Assembly (NCBI GenBank): GCA_049570475.1 | Contig: CP186953.1 | Span: forward strand, 1,056,001-1,120,000 | Length of the DNA: 64,000 nucleotides | Source of the DNA: Candidatus Methanosuratincola verstraetei | GTDB lineage: Archaea > Thermoproteota > Methanomethylicia > Methanomethylicales > Methanomethylicaceae | Direction of reading: 5' to 3' | In this document: positions 1 to 9,868 of the stretch, piece after piece | Position numbering within the stretch: the stretch's first letter is position 1 | Layout of the letters: every line of letters starts with the position of its first letter | Translations under genes and position numbers: made by a program | Notes under the pieces: generated by a model | Seen by the model: only the letters and a program-made list of their open reading frames with translations | Database searches by the model: none | Told to the model about the DNA's origin: nothing

Positions 1-853
1 CGCACAGCGGCGTGACGTCGAATATGAAATTTAGAAAAACAGTCGCCTTTCCTTCCATAACCCTCATGACCCCGGCAGCCGCCTCGGCCATCCCCTTCTG
101 GAACCTCTCCTTCCCGTCCTCCAGGATGCCTATTGCGCCGTATTCGCATCTGAACCTGCAGGTGGAGCAGTAGAAGCACCTGTCCCAGTCCCAGACTGGT
201 CTCCCCTCCACCATCTTCAAGGCAGAGAACCGGCAGACCTCGGCGCATGAACCGCACCCCGTGCACCTTTCTTCGTGAAAAACAATCCCATGCGCCTTGT
301 GCTGCTCCCTCTTGCAGTCCTTCGTTGTGCACCCCATCGCCAGGTTTTTGATCGCACCGCCTATGCCTGACAGGACGTGCCCTTTGACGTGGCTCAACAC
401 AATCATTGCGTCTGCATCGGCAATTGCTCTGGCCACCTTCACAAAATTGACGAACCTCCCGCCTCCGGTTACCGTGCCGCTATATCCGTCAGGGGCGTCG
501 GCAATCAGTATGGGGCACCCGAGCCCTTCTTCCGTGAAGCCATTGTATGCCGCGGTCCTCAGGCTCTCCTCGACCGTCACCCTTGCACCCTCGGGGTATA
601 GTGCTGTGGTCTCTGTGGCAAATGGGGTGCCGCCCATGCTTTTCACATGATCCACCACCCGCCTCACAAAGGCTGGCCTTATGTGCGTATAGTTACCGAG
701 CTCCCCAAAGTGGGCCTTGACAGCTGCCCTTTTGCCTTCCAAGCCTATGCGCTCTCCGCCTCCACAAGCCCCTGTACATCTCTCAAGCAGCTTGTCGATG
801 CCTACGAGCACGTCGTCGCTCTCGGCGAAATCGAAGAAGTATACCTCAGACAC
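1..853 (-). CDS. DUF362-family Fe-S protein with ferredoxin (4Fe-4S) motifs; 3' end runs off the window
   Basis: Manual translation from GTG 853: MSEVYFFDF...KAHFGELGNYTHIRP...HVKGHVLSGIGGAIKNLAMGC...CTGCGSCAEVC...CFYCSTCRFRC. Absent from the ORF track because it has no stop in the window. Confidence 0.85.
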   Translation of the reverse strand, partial: MSEVYFFDFAESDDVLVGIDKLLERCTGACGGGERIGLEGKRAAVKAHFGELGNYTHIRPAFVRRVVDHVKSMGGTPFATETTALYPEGARVTVEESLRTAAYNGFTEEGLGCPILIADAPDGYSGTVTGGGRFVNFVKVARAIADADAMIVLSHVKGHVLSGIGGAIKNLAMGCTTKDCKREQHKAHGIVFHEERCTGCGSCAEVCRFSALKMVEGRPVWDWDRCFYCSTCRFRCEYGAIGILEDGKERFQKGMAEAAAGVMRVMEGKATVFLNFIFDVTPLC

Positions 854-990
854 TGTTCAGCCCTCCTGATAATATTGCCTGAAGAGGATAAAAATACCTG
901 CCCTGTCCGCGCCTGGCAGCCCTTTGCGAACAAAACCTTATCGTTTTAAATATCCGCTGCAGCCTGACTTAATCTGATGAGGGATATCTT

Positions 991-1929
991 GTGAGAAGGC
1001 TCCAGTGCGGCGGGGTGGTCTGGATAGACCTAGAAAAGCCAAATCGGGAAGAGGTAATGGAGCTTGGAAAGCTATTCCCTTTCCACCCGCTCAACCTTGA
1101 GGACTGCCTTTCCAGGACACAGCTGACCAAACTTGAGCGCCATGAAGATCACATCTTTCTTGTCGTGCGGTTCCCGGTCAAATGCGGGGATCTGAGCTGT
1201 TCCCCATCGCAGATCTCGTTTTTCCTGGGCAATGACTACCTTGTCACTATCCATGACGGGAGCATTGCGGCGATGAAAGAGGTCTTCGACTCCTGCGAAA
1301 CCTTGACTAAGCAGAACCAGAAGGTGACTTGGGACGGCGTCGGCTCCCTTTTCTACACGATCATCAGCAAGATAGTCGATTCGCTCTTCCCAGTCATGGA
1401 AATGATGATGGACCGCATCGAGGAGCTTGAGGACAGGATATTCAGCGAGCAGCACGACGCCCTGTTTGAGGTTGCGAACCTGAGGAGGAGCGTCTCTGAC
1501 CTGAGGAGGATCATCTCCCCGTTCAGGAAGGTAGTCGCAGACATCTCGATAGCCGTGAGCGAGGTTACAGGGGATGACTTGAAAGTTTACTTCGATGACG
1601 TGAAGGACAGGGTGGAGCGCATTTGGGAGCTCTCCGAGACCTGCAAGGAGCTCGTCGAGATCTTCAAGGACACTGATTTCACGCTCTACCAGAGGCGCAT
1701 GAACCGGGCCCTCGTCATCCTAACTGTGATATTCACGATCACCATCCCGGCCACGATAGTAGGCACGTTCTACGGGATGAATATACCCATGCCGGGATCT
1801 GCCGTGGAACTAACGGAAGGGCTGCCCACCTTCCTCGGGCCTTGGACAACTTTCATATTCGTGCTCTTGTTTTCCTTACTGCCGGCCGCGTTGATGTTCG
1901 CATACTTCAAGAGAATAGGCTGGATTTGA
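991..1929 (+). CDS. corA: CorA-family Mg2+/Co2+ transporter
   Basis: HPLNLED, YGMN signature, two C-terminal TM helices. Confidence 0.92.
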   Translation: MRRLQCGGVVWIDLEKPNREEVMELGKLFPFHPLNLEDCLSRTQLTKLERHEDHIFLVVRFPVKCGDLSCSPSQISFFLGNDYLVTIHDGSIAAMKEVFDSCETLTKQNQKVTWDGVGSLFYTIISKIVDSLFPVMEMMMDRIEELEDRIFSEQHDALFEVANLRRSVSDLRRIISPFRKVVADISIAVSEVTGDDLKVYFDDVKDRVERIWELSETCKELVEIFKDTDFTLYQRRMNRALVILTVIFTITIPATIVGTFYGMNIPMPGSAVELTEGLPTFLGPWTTFIFVLLFSLLPAALMFAYFKRIGWI

Positions 1930-1956
1930 GCTCTACCGATATTATCTAGGTGCAAC

Positions 1957-2466
1957 ATGATGGAGATGGTTCTCATAACAGTCGAGTACGGCAAGGAGGA
2001 CAGGGCGGAAGCGGAGGTCCTAGATTGCATCCTGCCTTTGGATCCTGATGCCTCCGTCAGGCGCACCGGGTTCGGCGGGATACTCATCCTCGAGACCTCC
2101 CTCGATACTGACCGTGCAGCTGAATCCATAGCAGGCTCTCTGAGCCGACTGGTGCGGAGCGCAATCCCAGTCGATCAGATTGTAAGGTCTGAGATCTCAG
2201 AAATTGAAGAGGTCGCTGCATCCCGGGTCAGGATTGGATCCAAGATCGCGGTGAGGTGCAGGAGGCGGGGATCTTCCCTCCCCTCCCCGAAGGAGGTTGA
2301 ATGCATTGTTGGCCGCAGGCTGAAGGGGATCGGGTGCGCTGTGGACCTCAAGAATCCTGATCAGATCGTCCGGATAGAAATAATAGGGGAGATTACTGCT
2401 GTATCCGTTAGACCTCCCAACAGGTCTGTGTTCAAAGCGAGATCCTCGCGGGTGCAAGACTCATGA
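1957..2466 (+). CDS. THUMP-domain RNA-binding protein
   Basis: IAVRCRRRG...VDLKNPDQIVRIEI THUMP pattern. Confidence 0.8.
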   Translation: MMEMVLITVEYGKEDRAEAEVLDCILPLDPDASVRRTGFGGILILETSLDTDRAAESIAGSLSRLVRSAIPVDQIVRSEISEIEEVAASRVRIGSKIAVRCRRRGSSLPSPKEVECIVGRRLKGIGCAVDLKNPDQIVRIEIIGEITAVSVRPPNRSVFKARSSRVQDS

Positions 2467-3470
2467 CCAAGATGGGCATCGGGAAGATACCGAACTCGCT
2501 TCTGAAGAGGATAGTGCTCAGCCAGCTGGGGGTGGGCGATCCTGATGTCCTGGTGGGTCCGGGGATTGGTGAAGACGCCGCGATAATAAGTCATGGCGGC
2601 GGGGAATTAGCTTTCAAGTCAGACCCGATAACAGGATCAGTCGAGGAAGTGGGCATTCTCGCAGTCTACGTGAATGCGAATGACATAGCCTCGAGGGGTG
2701 CGGTACCTCGGTGGTTCTTGGGGTGCATCCTGCTCCCCCCGGGGAGCAGCGAGTCGGATCTAGACAGGATCTGCAGGCAGATCGACTCTGCGGCAAAAGA
2801 GCTTCGCATCGCCGTCGTAGGCGGGCACACCGAGGTCACTGACGGGACAACCCGCCCGATAGTGGTCGGATCAATGATTGGCGTGGTAAAGAACAGCAGG
2901 TTCATAACGACAGGGGGATCCTCGCCTGGGGATCTGGTATATATGACCAAGGCGGCAGGGATCGAGGGGACGGTGATCCTCTCTTCAGATCCAAGGATAG
3001 AGAAAAGCCTGGGCGAGGTCTTTGTGAGGAAGTGCAAGTCGATGCTGCCGAAAGTGAACGTCGTGAGCGAGTGCACGCTGCTTGCCGACCAGGAAGGGGT
3101 GACCTCGATGCACGACGTCACCGAGGGCGGAATACTCGGCTGTGCCTGGGAGATTGCCGAAGCCTCCTCCTCAGGCATATTCATCGACCTCTCCTGCGTC
3201 AGGGTCCTTGATGAGACATGGTCGCTCTGTTCGGAACTTGGGCTTGATCCCTTCAGGCTGATGGGGTCGGGGGCAGTCCTTTTCACCGTAAGGGCAGGGT
3301 CAGAGGCGTTGGTGGAGGCATCCCTCTCAAAAGCAGGGATCCAGTATTCCCGGATCGGGGTGATCGTGGGGCCGCATGAAGGCAGGCTGTTCAGGGATTT
3401 GGAGGGGCGCCTTTTCAGCATACCTCCCCCGGGCAGTGACGAGCTGTGGCGCGCACGGACTAATGGTTAA
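2463..3470 (+). CDS. AIR synthase (PurM/HypE/ThiL)-superfamily protein
   Basis: GIGEDAA, NANDIA, GGHTE, MHDVTEGG motifs. Confidence 0.85.
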   Translation: MTKMGIGKIPNSLLKRIVLSQLGVGDPDVLVGPGIGEDAAIISHGGGELAFKSDPITGSVEEVGILAVYVNANDIASRGAVPRWFLGCILLPPGSSESDLDRICRQIDSAAKELRIAVVGGHTEVTDGTTRPIVVGSMIGVVKNSRFITTGGSSPGDLVYMTKAAGIEGTVILSSDPRIEKSLGEVFVRKCKSMLPKVNVVSECTLLADQEGVTSMHDVTEGGILGCAWEIAEASSSGIFIDLSCVRVLDETWSLCSELGLDPFRLMGSGAVLFTVRAGSEALVEASLSKAGIQYSRIGVIVGPHEGRLFRDLEGRLFSIPPPGSDELWRARTNG

Positions 3471-3559
3471 TACTTTCGGTTGTATCTCTGAAAAAATTCT
3501 TTTCTAAAGGACAAAAACCATAAATCCCCCTAAAACCATCTCTGATCAGGTAGTCCCCT

Positions 3560-4753
3560 TTGGCGTACGACATAATCTCAGGCGAGATCGGGCGCCCCAG
3601 CGTCTTCAAGGACGAGTCCAAGCTCTTCCCTGACCACGTCCCGATGAACCTTGTCCACAGGGAGCCGCAGCTAAGATCCTTGAGCAGGGTATTCCGGGCA
3701 ATCCTTGAGACCCCGGGGGCCGTCTCGCAGAAGGTCACCCTCGTCGGGGACGTTGGGGTCGGGAAGACAGCTGTGGCGAAGCGGTTCGGATCTACCCTCG
3801 AGTCCATCGCCAAGGAGAGGGGGATCGACCTGAGGTACGTGCACGTCAACTGCTACAAGGACAGGACACTCTTCCTAGTCGTGAAGAAAGTGGCCCAGCA
3901 CATCATCCCGGCGATACCGGACAGGGGCTTCTCCGCGCAGGAGCTATTCGAGACCCTCTGGAACACGCTGGAGGACGAGGGGATTTACCTGCTTCTGGCG
4001 CTCGACGAGATTGACTTCCTGATCTCCGTCGCAGGGGAGAAAGAAGCCCCCCTCTACTTCCTCTCAAGGGCGACCGACGAGTTCCTCAACCGGAAGCAGC
4101 GGATGAGCCTCATCCTCATCACCAGGAACCTGGACTTCATTACGGGGCTGGATAAGAGCGTCCAGAGCACGCTCCTTCACAACGTCATAAGGTTCGAGAG
4201 CTATTCTGCCGCCCAGCTGTACGACATAATCCGTCTCAGGGGGCTGGAGTCGTTCAAGGAGGGGGCAATCGACGACGATGTCCTCCTCATGATATCAGAC
4301 ATGGCGTCTCCACGGGGGGACGCGCGGTACGCGCTCGAGCTACTCTGGCGGGCAGGCAAGTACGCCGATTCCGAAGCCGCCAGCAAGGTTCTGCCAGAGC
4401 ACGTGAGGAAAGCCCAGCTGGATGTCTCGCAGTTCCCGATGCAGATCGTGCTGGATCTGCCACTCCACGAGAGGCTATTTCTCCTCTCGGTCGCAAGGGC
4501 ACTGAAGAGGACAAAGTCCGCATATGTGACGATGGGGGAGGTCGAGTCAGCTTACCGAATGCTCTGCGAGGACATGAAGGTCGAGGCCAGGAGGCACACG
4601 CAGTTCTGGGAGTACCTCCAGAACCTGAAGAACCTTGGGATACTGTACACGAAGATATCCGGCGCAGGCTTCAGGGGGAAGACAACGCTCATAGGGATGC
4701 TGAACCTTTCTGTTGAGGCTGTGGAGAAGAACCTCTCGGCGGTGTTGAGATAA
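3560..4753 (+). CDS. cdc6: Orc1/Cdc6 replication initiator
   Basis: Walker A GDVGVGKT, Walker B LDEID, GDARYAL, C-terminal winged helix with GFRGKT. Confidence 0.95.
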   Translation: MAYDIISGEIGRPSVFKDESKLFPDHVPMNLVHREPQLRSLSRVFRAILETPGAVSQKVTLVGDVGVGKTAVAKRFGSTLESIAKERGIDLRYVHVNCYKDRTLFLVVKKVAQHIIPAIPDRGFSAQELFETLWNTLEDEGIYLLLALDEIDFLISVAGEKEAPLYFLSRATDEFLNRKQRMSLILITRNLDFITGLDKSVQSTLLHNVIRFESYSAAQLYDIIRLRGLESFKEGAIDDDVLLMISDMASPRGDARYALELLWRAGKYADSEAASKVLPEHVRKAQLDVSQFPMQIVLDLPLHERLFLLSVARALKRTKSAYVTMGEVESAYRMLCEDMKVEARRHTQFWEYLQNLKNLGILYTKISGAGFRGKTTLIGMLNLSVEAVEKNLSAVLR

Positions 4754-5028
4754 TGGCTGTCGAAGAAATATTCTCTTCAAAAGGGAGGGTAAAAGTCTTG
4801 AAGGCGCTTGCGGAGACCGGGGAGATGAACATATCCGAGATCACCAGAAGGACAAAGCTGAACCACACGACCACCTCTATGCACCTTGAACAGCTATGCA
4901 AGATAGGGGTGATCGAGGAGAAGAGGTTCGGCAGGGTCAGGATATTCAGGTTCAAGAAGGACGATCCGCGCGGCTGGGCGATCCGGACCCTATTCGACTC
5001 ATTCTCAAAGCGGGGTCAGAAAGCATGA
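4753..5028 (+). CDS. ArsR-like winged-helix protein, translationally coupled to cdc6
   Basis: MNISEITRRTKLNHTTTSMHLEQL HTH; TAATG overlap with the cdc6 stop. Confidence 0.8.
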   Translation: MAVEEIFSSKGRVKVLKALAETGEMNISEITRRTKLNHTTTSMHLEQLCKIGVIEEKRFGRVRIFRFKKDDPRGWAIRTLFDSFSKRGQKA

Positions 5029-5483
5029 GCGTCAAGATGGTTGACGTAGGGGAAAAGCCTCCAGTCCTGCGGGTCGCAGTTGCAGGCGGATCAATAAGGC
5101 TCAAGCCAAAGACTATCGATATGATCAAATCCAACTCAATCGAGAAGGGGGACGTCCTGGCCGTGGCGAGGGTCGCCGCCATCCAGGCAGTCAAGAGGAC
5201 CTCTGAGAGCATACCTCTCTGCCACCCTATACCTGTAGACCATGTCTCTGTCGACTTCGCTATCGGTTCCGATCGCATCGAGTGCACCGTCCGGGTTAGG
5301 GCAGTTGCCAAGACCGGGGTCGAGATGGAGGCCCTCTGTGGCGTTTCTGCCGCCCTGCTCACGATTTGGGACATGACGAAGAAGTACGAGAAGGACGAGA
5401 GGGGGCAGTACCCAGAGACATTTATCAGTGAGATCCGCGTCCTCAGCAAGTACAAGGGGGAACAGAGCGATGCACACTGCTGA
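5025..5483 (+). CDS. moaC: Cyclic pyranopterin monophosphate synthase MoaC
   Basis: MVDVGEK, IPLCHP, TGVEMEAL, IWDMTK; start moved to ATG 5025. Confidence 0.95.
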   Translation: MSVKMVDVGEKPPVLRVAVAGGSIRLKPKTIDMIKSNSIEKGDVLAVARVAAIQAVKRTSESIPLCHPIPVDHVSVDFAIGSDRIECTVRVRAVAKTGVEMEALCGVSAALLTIWDMTKKYEKDERGQYPETFISEIRVLSKYKGEQSDAHC

Positions 5484-5994
5484 TCACCATGCGAATCTTC
5501 CCAAGAGCCTGCGTTTCATGGTGATCGTGACCAGCGATACAATCGTGGCTGCAAAGGACAAGGGCGAGCCTTACCAGGACATAAGCGGGGACGTGGCTCT
5601 CTCGCTTATACTAAGCCACGGATTCAAAGTCACAAAACGGATCTATCTGCCCAATAGGATTGAAGAAATATTGAGGGAGACCAAGTCTGGAACAATCTCA
5701 GGATCCAATGACGCAATAGTGATAATCGGGGGAACTGGTCTGAGCAGACGCGATGTCTCGATCGAAGCAGTCGCGCCCATCTTCGAGAAGCAGATCCCTG
5801 GATTCGGCGAGATATTCAGGCGCCTCTCATACGAGTCCATCGGCACATCGGCGATAGCATCCCGCGCGACTGCAGGCGTGGTGAACGGGACGCTTGTGTT
5901 CGTGATCCCCGGGTCGCCCGAGGCAGTGAAGATGGCGATGGAGCGGATAATCCTCCCCGAAGCCCCACACCTGATAAAAATGATCCGTGGATGA
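5470..5994 (+). CDS. moaB: MoaB/Mog molybdopterin adenylyltransferase
   Basis: GGTG..RD, IPGFGEIFR, SRATAG, PGSP; start ATG 5470. Confidence 0.9.
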   Translation: MHTADHHANLPKSLRFMVIVTSDTIVAAKDKGEPYQDISGDVALSLILSHGFKVTKRIYLPNRIEEILRETKSGTISGSNDAIVIIGGTGLSRRDVSIEAVAPIFEKQIPGFGEIFRRLSYESIGTSAIASRATAGVVNGTLVFVIPGSPEAVKMAMERIILPEAPHLIKMIRG

Positions 5995-7409
5995 TGTGGA
6001 TGCAGCAGCCCCCCGCCCTGGCAATCGTCTCCTTCCACAGCGGTGAAGGGAAAACCACACTTCTGGAGGGCATCATAAGGGAACTCACAGGCAAGGGGTA
6101 TCGCGTGTGCGCGATCAAGCATTCGGCGCACAATGAAGTACAAGATGCAAGTAAGGACACTTGGAAGTACCGCGAGGCCGGTGCCGCAGCGTCTGCCCTC
6201 CTCCAGTCCAGCGGCTACCTCGAAGTCTGCTCCCAAGGTGCCGACCTCCATACGGCAATCAATGTTGTCTCATGCTTCAATCCGGATATTGTGATCTGCG
6301 AGGGGTTCAAAGATTCTGGGCTGCCGAAGATAGCCATTGTCGAGCCCTCCGATTTAGGTCCAGGCTCGCGTCTGCGAGGCGTCGTGGCGCTTGTCCTCAA
6401 GGGGGATGTTGCGCCTGTGGGCGGCGTGGACTGCCTCCCCTTCGACCCCTCCGTGGTTGCTGCATTCATCGAGAGCCGGTTCTTAGAGTCAAGGCGGAGG
6501 GCAACCATGATCGACAGGTACGGCAGACGGATCCTCGGGATAAGGATGTCATTGACGCAGCGGTGCAACCTGAACTGCGTCTACTGCCACCATGAGGGGG
6601 AGGGATCGCCTTCAGGTGAGATGTACACTGACGAGATCCTGAGGATACTCCGGGTGGCAAGGGATCTCGGGATGCGGAGGGTCAAGTTCACAGGGGGGGA
6701 GCCCCTGCTCAGGAAGGATCTGGGGGGGATCATCGCCTACTCCTATGCGCTCGGGTTCGAGGATGTGGGCGTTACCACAAACGGGCAGCTTCTTCGGGAA
6801 CGGGCCCTGGAGCTCTACGAGGCAGGGCTGCGGAGGCTGAACCTCTCGGTGCCCAGCGTCGATCCGAACGTTTACAGGTCGATAACTGGAGGGGAACTCA
6901 GGAATGTGGTAGATGGGCTCGAGTCTGCCCGGAGGCTAGGGATCCATGTTAAGATCAACACGGTTGTGATGAGGGGCATAAACGACTCGAGCATAGGCAA
7001 CATAATCGAATTTGCGCGCATGCGCTCTTCCCAGCTCCAGCTGATTGAGCTTGAGGATCTCCACTTGGACAAGGGCTTCTTTGAGAAATACCATTTCGAC
7101 CTAACCCAAACTGAAGAGACGATTTCGCGCGCGTCCGACTCCGTGGTCGAGCGGGGCGAGATGAACAGGAGGCGGGTGTACTTGGTCAAGGGTCTGCCGA
7201 TCGAGATCGTTCGCCCCGTAAGCAACCCCAGCTTCTGCGCCGGATGCACAAGGATCAGGATAACCAGCGACGGGAAGATAAAGCCATGCCTGATGAGGGA
7301 CGATCTCCTCTTCGACCTCCTCGGGGGAATCAGATCAGGGTTGACAGACGACCAGCTCAAGGACCTGTTCATGTCAGCTGTATCGGCTAGGGAGCCCTTT
7401 TACAGGTGA
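5991..7409 (+). CDS. moaA: MobB-MoaA fusion (P-loop MobB domain plus GTP 3',8-cyclase radical SAM)
   Basis: N-terminal GKTT...IKH...EGFK (MobB); from 6507 MIDRYGR, CNLNCVYC, GGEPLLR, FCAGCTRIR...KPCL (MoaA). Confidence 0.9.
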   Translation: MMWMQQPPALAIVSFHSGEGKTTLLEGIIRELTGKGYRVCAIKHSAHNEVQDASKDTWKYREAGAAASALLQSSGYLEVCSQGADLHTAINVVSCFNPDIVICEGFKDSGLPKIAIVEPSDLGPGSRLRGVVALVLKGDVAPVGGVDCLPFDPSVVAAFIESRFLESRRRATMIDRYGRRILGIRMSLTQRCNLNCVYCHHEGEGSPSGEMYTDEILRILRVARDLGMRRVKFTGGEPLLRKDLGGIIAYSYALGFEDVGVTTNGQLLRERALELYEAGLRRLNLSVPSVDPNVYRSITGGELRNVVDGLESARRLGIHVKINTVVMRGINDSSIGNIIEFARMRSSQLQLIELEDLHLDKGFFEKYHFDLTQTEETISRASDSVVERGEMNRRRVYLVKGLPIEIVRPVSNPSFCAGCTRIRITSDGKIKPCLMRDDLLFDLLGGIRSGLTDDQLKDLFMSAVSAREPFYR

Positions 7410-7411
7410 TC

Positions 7412-8617
7412 TTAGGCAGACCGCCGCGTGCCGACCCCTGAGATTATTTCTATGTAGGGCAGGTACTCGAATGCGGCCTTCTTCAGGGAGACGTGGTTCG
7501 CCTTGGCAATGAGATCCAGCGCCTCCCGCTTGGCGCCCCTCTCCTCCTTCGTCTGGCTCATTATGCTGATCCTCTTGGGGAAGCTGTACTTTACAAACCT
7601 GTACTCCCCGCTTTTGGCTAAAGCTGCCCCGCCGGCTGCGAGTTCTAGCGCGTAGCCGATAAGGTCCCAGGCTTGCCACCTCTTGACGCGCCCCAGGAAC
7701 ACGTCGCCCCTGGAGAGCCAGTCGTATGCCTCTGCCCTCTCCTTGGGGGATTGATACTGGTTCGGTATGTTCTCGTTAATCCACTGGAGAGCCATCTCGG
7801 GATCCATCGCGGTCCCCTCGAGCGCGAGCTTCGCCTCCAGGGCGCTCTTTGAGGAGAATAGCTCCTTCATAACATCAAAAGATCCCCGCTCCTGCACTCT
7901 GAACTGGAGTCCCCTCACCTCCAGCTCATTGAGCGTCTGCCTTCCGGTTGCAAGCATCTGGAAGTCGTTTATCGCCGCCCTCAAGTCCCCGTTGGAGAAC
8001 TCTGCTATGCGCTCGAGCGCGCCGTCTGTCGCAGTCACCCCTGCCTTCTTTGCAACCTTCTTAAGGTATACGACAATGCTCTGGCTCCTTATCCTCCTGA
8101 ACTGGATCATCTCGCAGATCTCGCGGAGGCCCCTGAACCTCGGGTCCCAAGGGTCGTTCGCGCCGACTACGACCGGGTGCTTGGACGCCCTGATAGTCGC
8201 GATTATCGAGGAGAGCCCTCCCCTGTCTTCCCTCCCCGAGATCCCGTCTATCTCGTCCATGAAGATCAGCTTGCCTCTCCTGCCGAACAGGGATGCCTGG
8301 GATGCTGCCCCTCCTGCAACCTTTTCAACGAGCTCCTCCGTCCTGAAGTCGCTTGCATTCATCTCGATAAGTTCGAGATCAAGCTCTTTGGCGACAAGCT
8401 CCACAGAAAGAGTCTTGCCTGTGCCTGGCGGTCCGTAAACCATTGCCCCCTTCTTGACCCCTTCCCCGCCCTCCAGACTCCTCTTGACCCAGTTCAGCAG
8501 CTGCTCAGCCGAGGCATAGTTCCCAACGATCTCCATCAGGCTGGCTGGTTTGAACCGCTCAGTCCACGGCAGCCCTTCTCCTGTCAATCCGCGCCACCCG
8601 CCTGACCCTCGTTTCAC
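7412..8617 (-). CDS. rfcL: Replication factor C large subunit
   Basis: PWTERFKP, GPPGTGKT, EMNASD, DEIDG, GDLRAAIND. Confidence 0.93.
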   Translation of the reverse strand: MKRGSGGWRGLTGEGLPWTERFKPASLMEIVGNYASAEQLLNWVKRSLEGGEGVKKGAMVYGPPGTGKTLSVELVAKELDLELIEMNASDFRTEELVEKVAGGAASQASLFGRRGKLIFMDEIDGISGREDRGGLSSIIATIRASKHPVVVGANDPWDPRFRGLREICEMIQFRRIRSQSIVVYLKKVAKKAGVTATDGALERIAEFSNGDLRAAINDFQMLATGRQTLNELEVRGLQFRVQERGSFDVMKELFSSKSALEAKLALEGTAMDPEMALQWINENIPNQYQSPKERAEAYDWLSRGDVFLGRVKRWQAWDLIGYALELAAGGAALAKSGEYRFVKYSFPKRISIMSQTKEERGAKREALDLIAKANHVSLKKAAFEYLPYIEIISGVGTRRSA

Positions 8618-9579
8618 TTTTCGCGCCCTATGTCTGCCACCTTTGCGAGCATCGAGTTTATCTGGATCTCGTCGCTGCCGCCCTGCAGAAGCCTGAACTC
8701 TGCCTCCCCGACAGCCTCGATTATCCTCAGCTTCGCCTTCTCATCAATGTTGAGCCCGAGGACCTCCCTGTGAATCTGCTTGACAACGTCGAGACCTGAG
8801 AGGCCGTATTCCACCATCAGGTCTATCGCCCTCTCGCGCGCGGACTTGAAATCCCCGCCTAGGGCGTCGGCCAGCACCTCCTTTATCTCCTTGGGGCTTA
8901 CCCTCCCTGCGATTCTGTAGATGACGCCCTCGTCCACGACCTCCGAGGTGGCAGCAGCCGCCTGGAGCGTGTTTATGACCTTCCTGAGATCCCCATTGCC
9001 GACGTAGATGAGCGCATCGATCCCCTCTTTGGTGATCTCCACGTTCTCGAGCTTGCAGATGTATGTTATCCTTGCCCTCACGTCCTCAGGCTTGAGCGGA
9101 ACAAACCTGAAGAAAGCGCACCTCGACTGTATTGGTTCAATTATCCTGCTGAAGTAGTTGCAGCATAGTATGAACCTGCAAGTCGCGGTGTACATCTCCA
9201 TGGTCCTCCTCAGTGCCTGCTGCGCGTCCGCCGTGAGGTTGTCGGCCTCGTCTAGGACGAGTATCTTGAAGGGGGCCTCGGCCATCCCTACAGTCCTGGC
9301 AAAGTCCTTGACGGTCGTCCTGATTACGTCGATCCCTCGCTCGTCGCTTGCGTTGAGCTCTAGGTAATTCTTCTTGTAGTCCTTCCCGTACAGGTCGCTA
9401 GCCAGACACATCGCTGCGGTCGTCTTCCCTGTACCAGGCGTCCCTGCAAAGAGGCAGTGGGGCATAGACTTCTCCTTGACAAACCTCTTAAGCCTCTCAA
9501 CGATCTCGGTCTGGTTCACAATGGCGTCTAATGTCCGGGGTCTGTACTTCTCTGTCCACATAATCTCGTGTGCTGACAA
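8614..9579 (-). CDS. rfcS: Replication factor C small subunit
   Basis: WTEKYRP, GTPGTGKT, ELNASDERG, DEAD, SRC motif; TTG start at 9579 behind a GGAGG SD. Confidence 0.95.
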   Translation of the reverse strand: MSAHEIMWTEKYRPRTLDAIVNQTEIVERLKRFVKEKSMPHCLFAGTPGTGKTTAAMCLASDLYGKDYKKNYLELNASDERGIDVIRTTVKDFARTVGMAEAPFKILVLDEADNLTADAQQALRRTMEMYTATCRFILCCNYFSRIIEPIQSRCAFFRFVPLKPEDVRARITYICKLENVEITKEGIDALIYVGNGDLRKVINTLQAAAATSEVVDEGVIYRIAGRVSPKEIKEVLADALGGDFKSARERAIDLMVEYGLSGLDVVKQIHREVLGLNIDEKAKLRIIEAVGEAEFRLLQGGSDEIQINSMLAKVADIGREK

Positions 9580-9868
9580 TCGAGTCCCCTCCTGATTCGA
9601 TCTTAAGGAAATGGTATTTAACCTACTCGGAGCCATTTCTTGGAGCCCAATTTCGCCTGCTAGGAAAAGTCCTTGCCCCCTCCCCTGTGGCAGCCCCTGC
9701 AAAAGTGCTCGCGTGGCTTCCGCCCATTTGCAACCCTCCGCTCGGATGGATCAGCAAGCTTTTTCAGAAAATCTGCGATGCCCTGCCATTTCCCGTCTTC
9801 GGGCGATCCGGAATTCTACCAAAATGCTAATATCCAATCGGCTCCCCTCATTCCTCGGCGAATCCAAT

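Noticed and set aside
9580-9868. About 290-nt intergenic region with AGGAAAAGTCC resembling RNase P RNA CR-I
   Set aside because: It has an extra A, and I found no CR-V or P4 partner on either strand. More likely a divergent promoter region.
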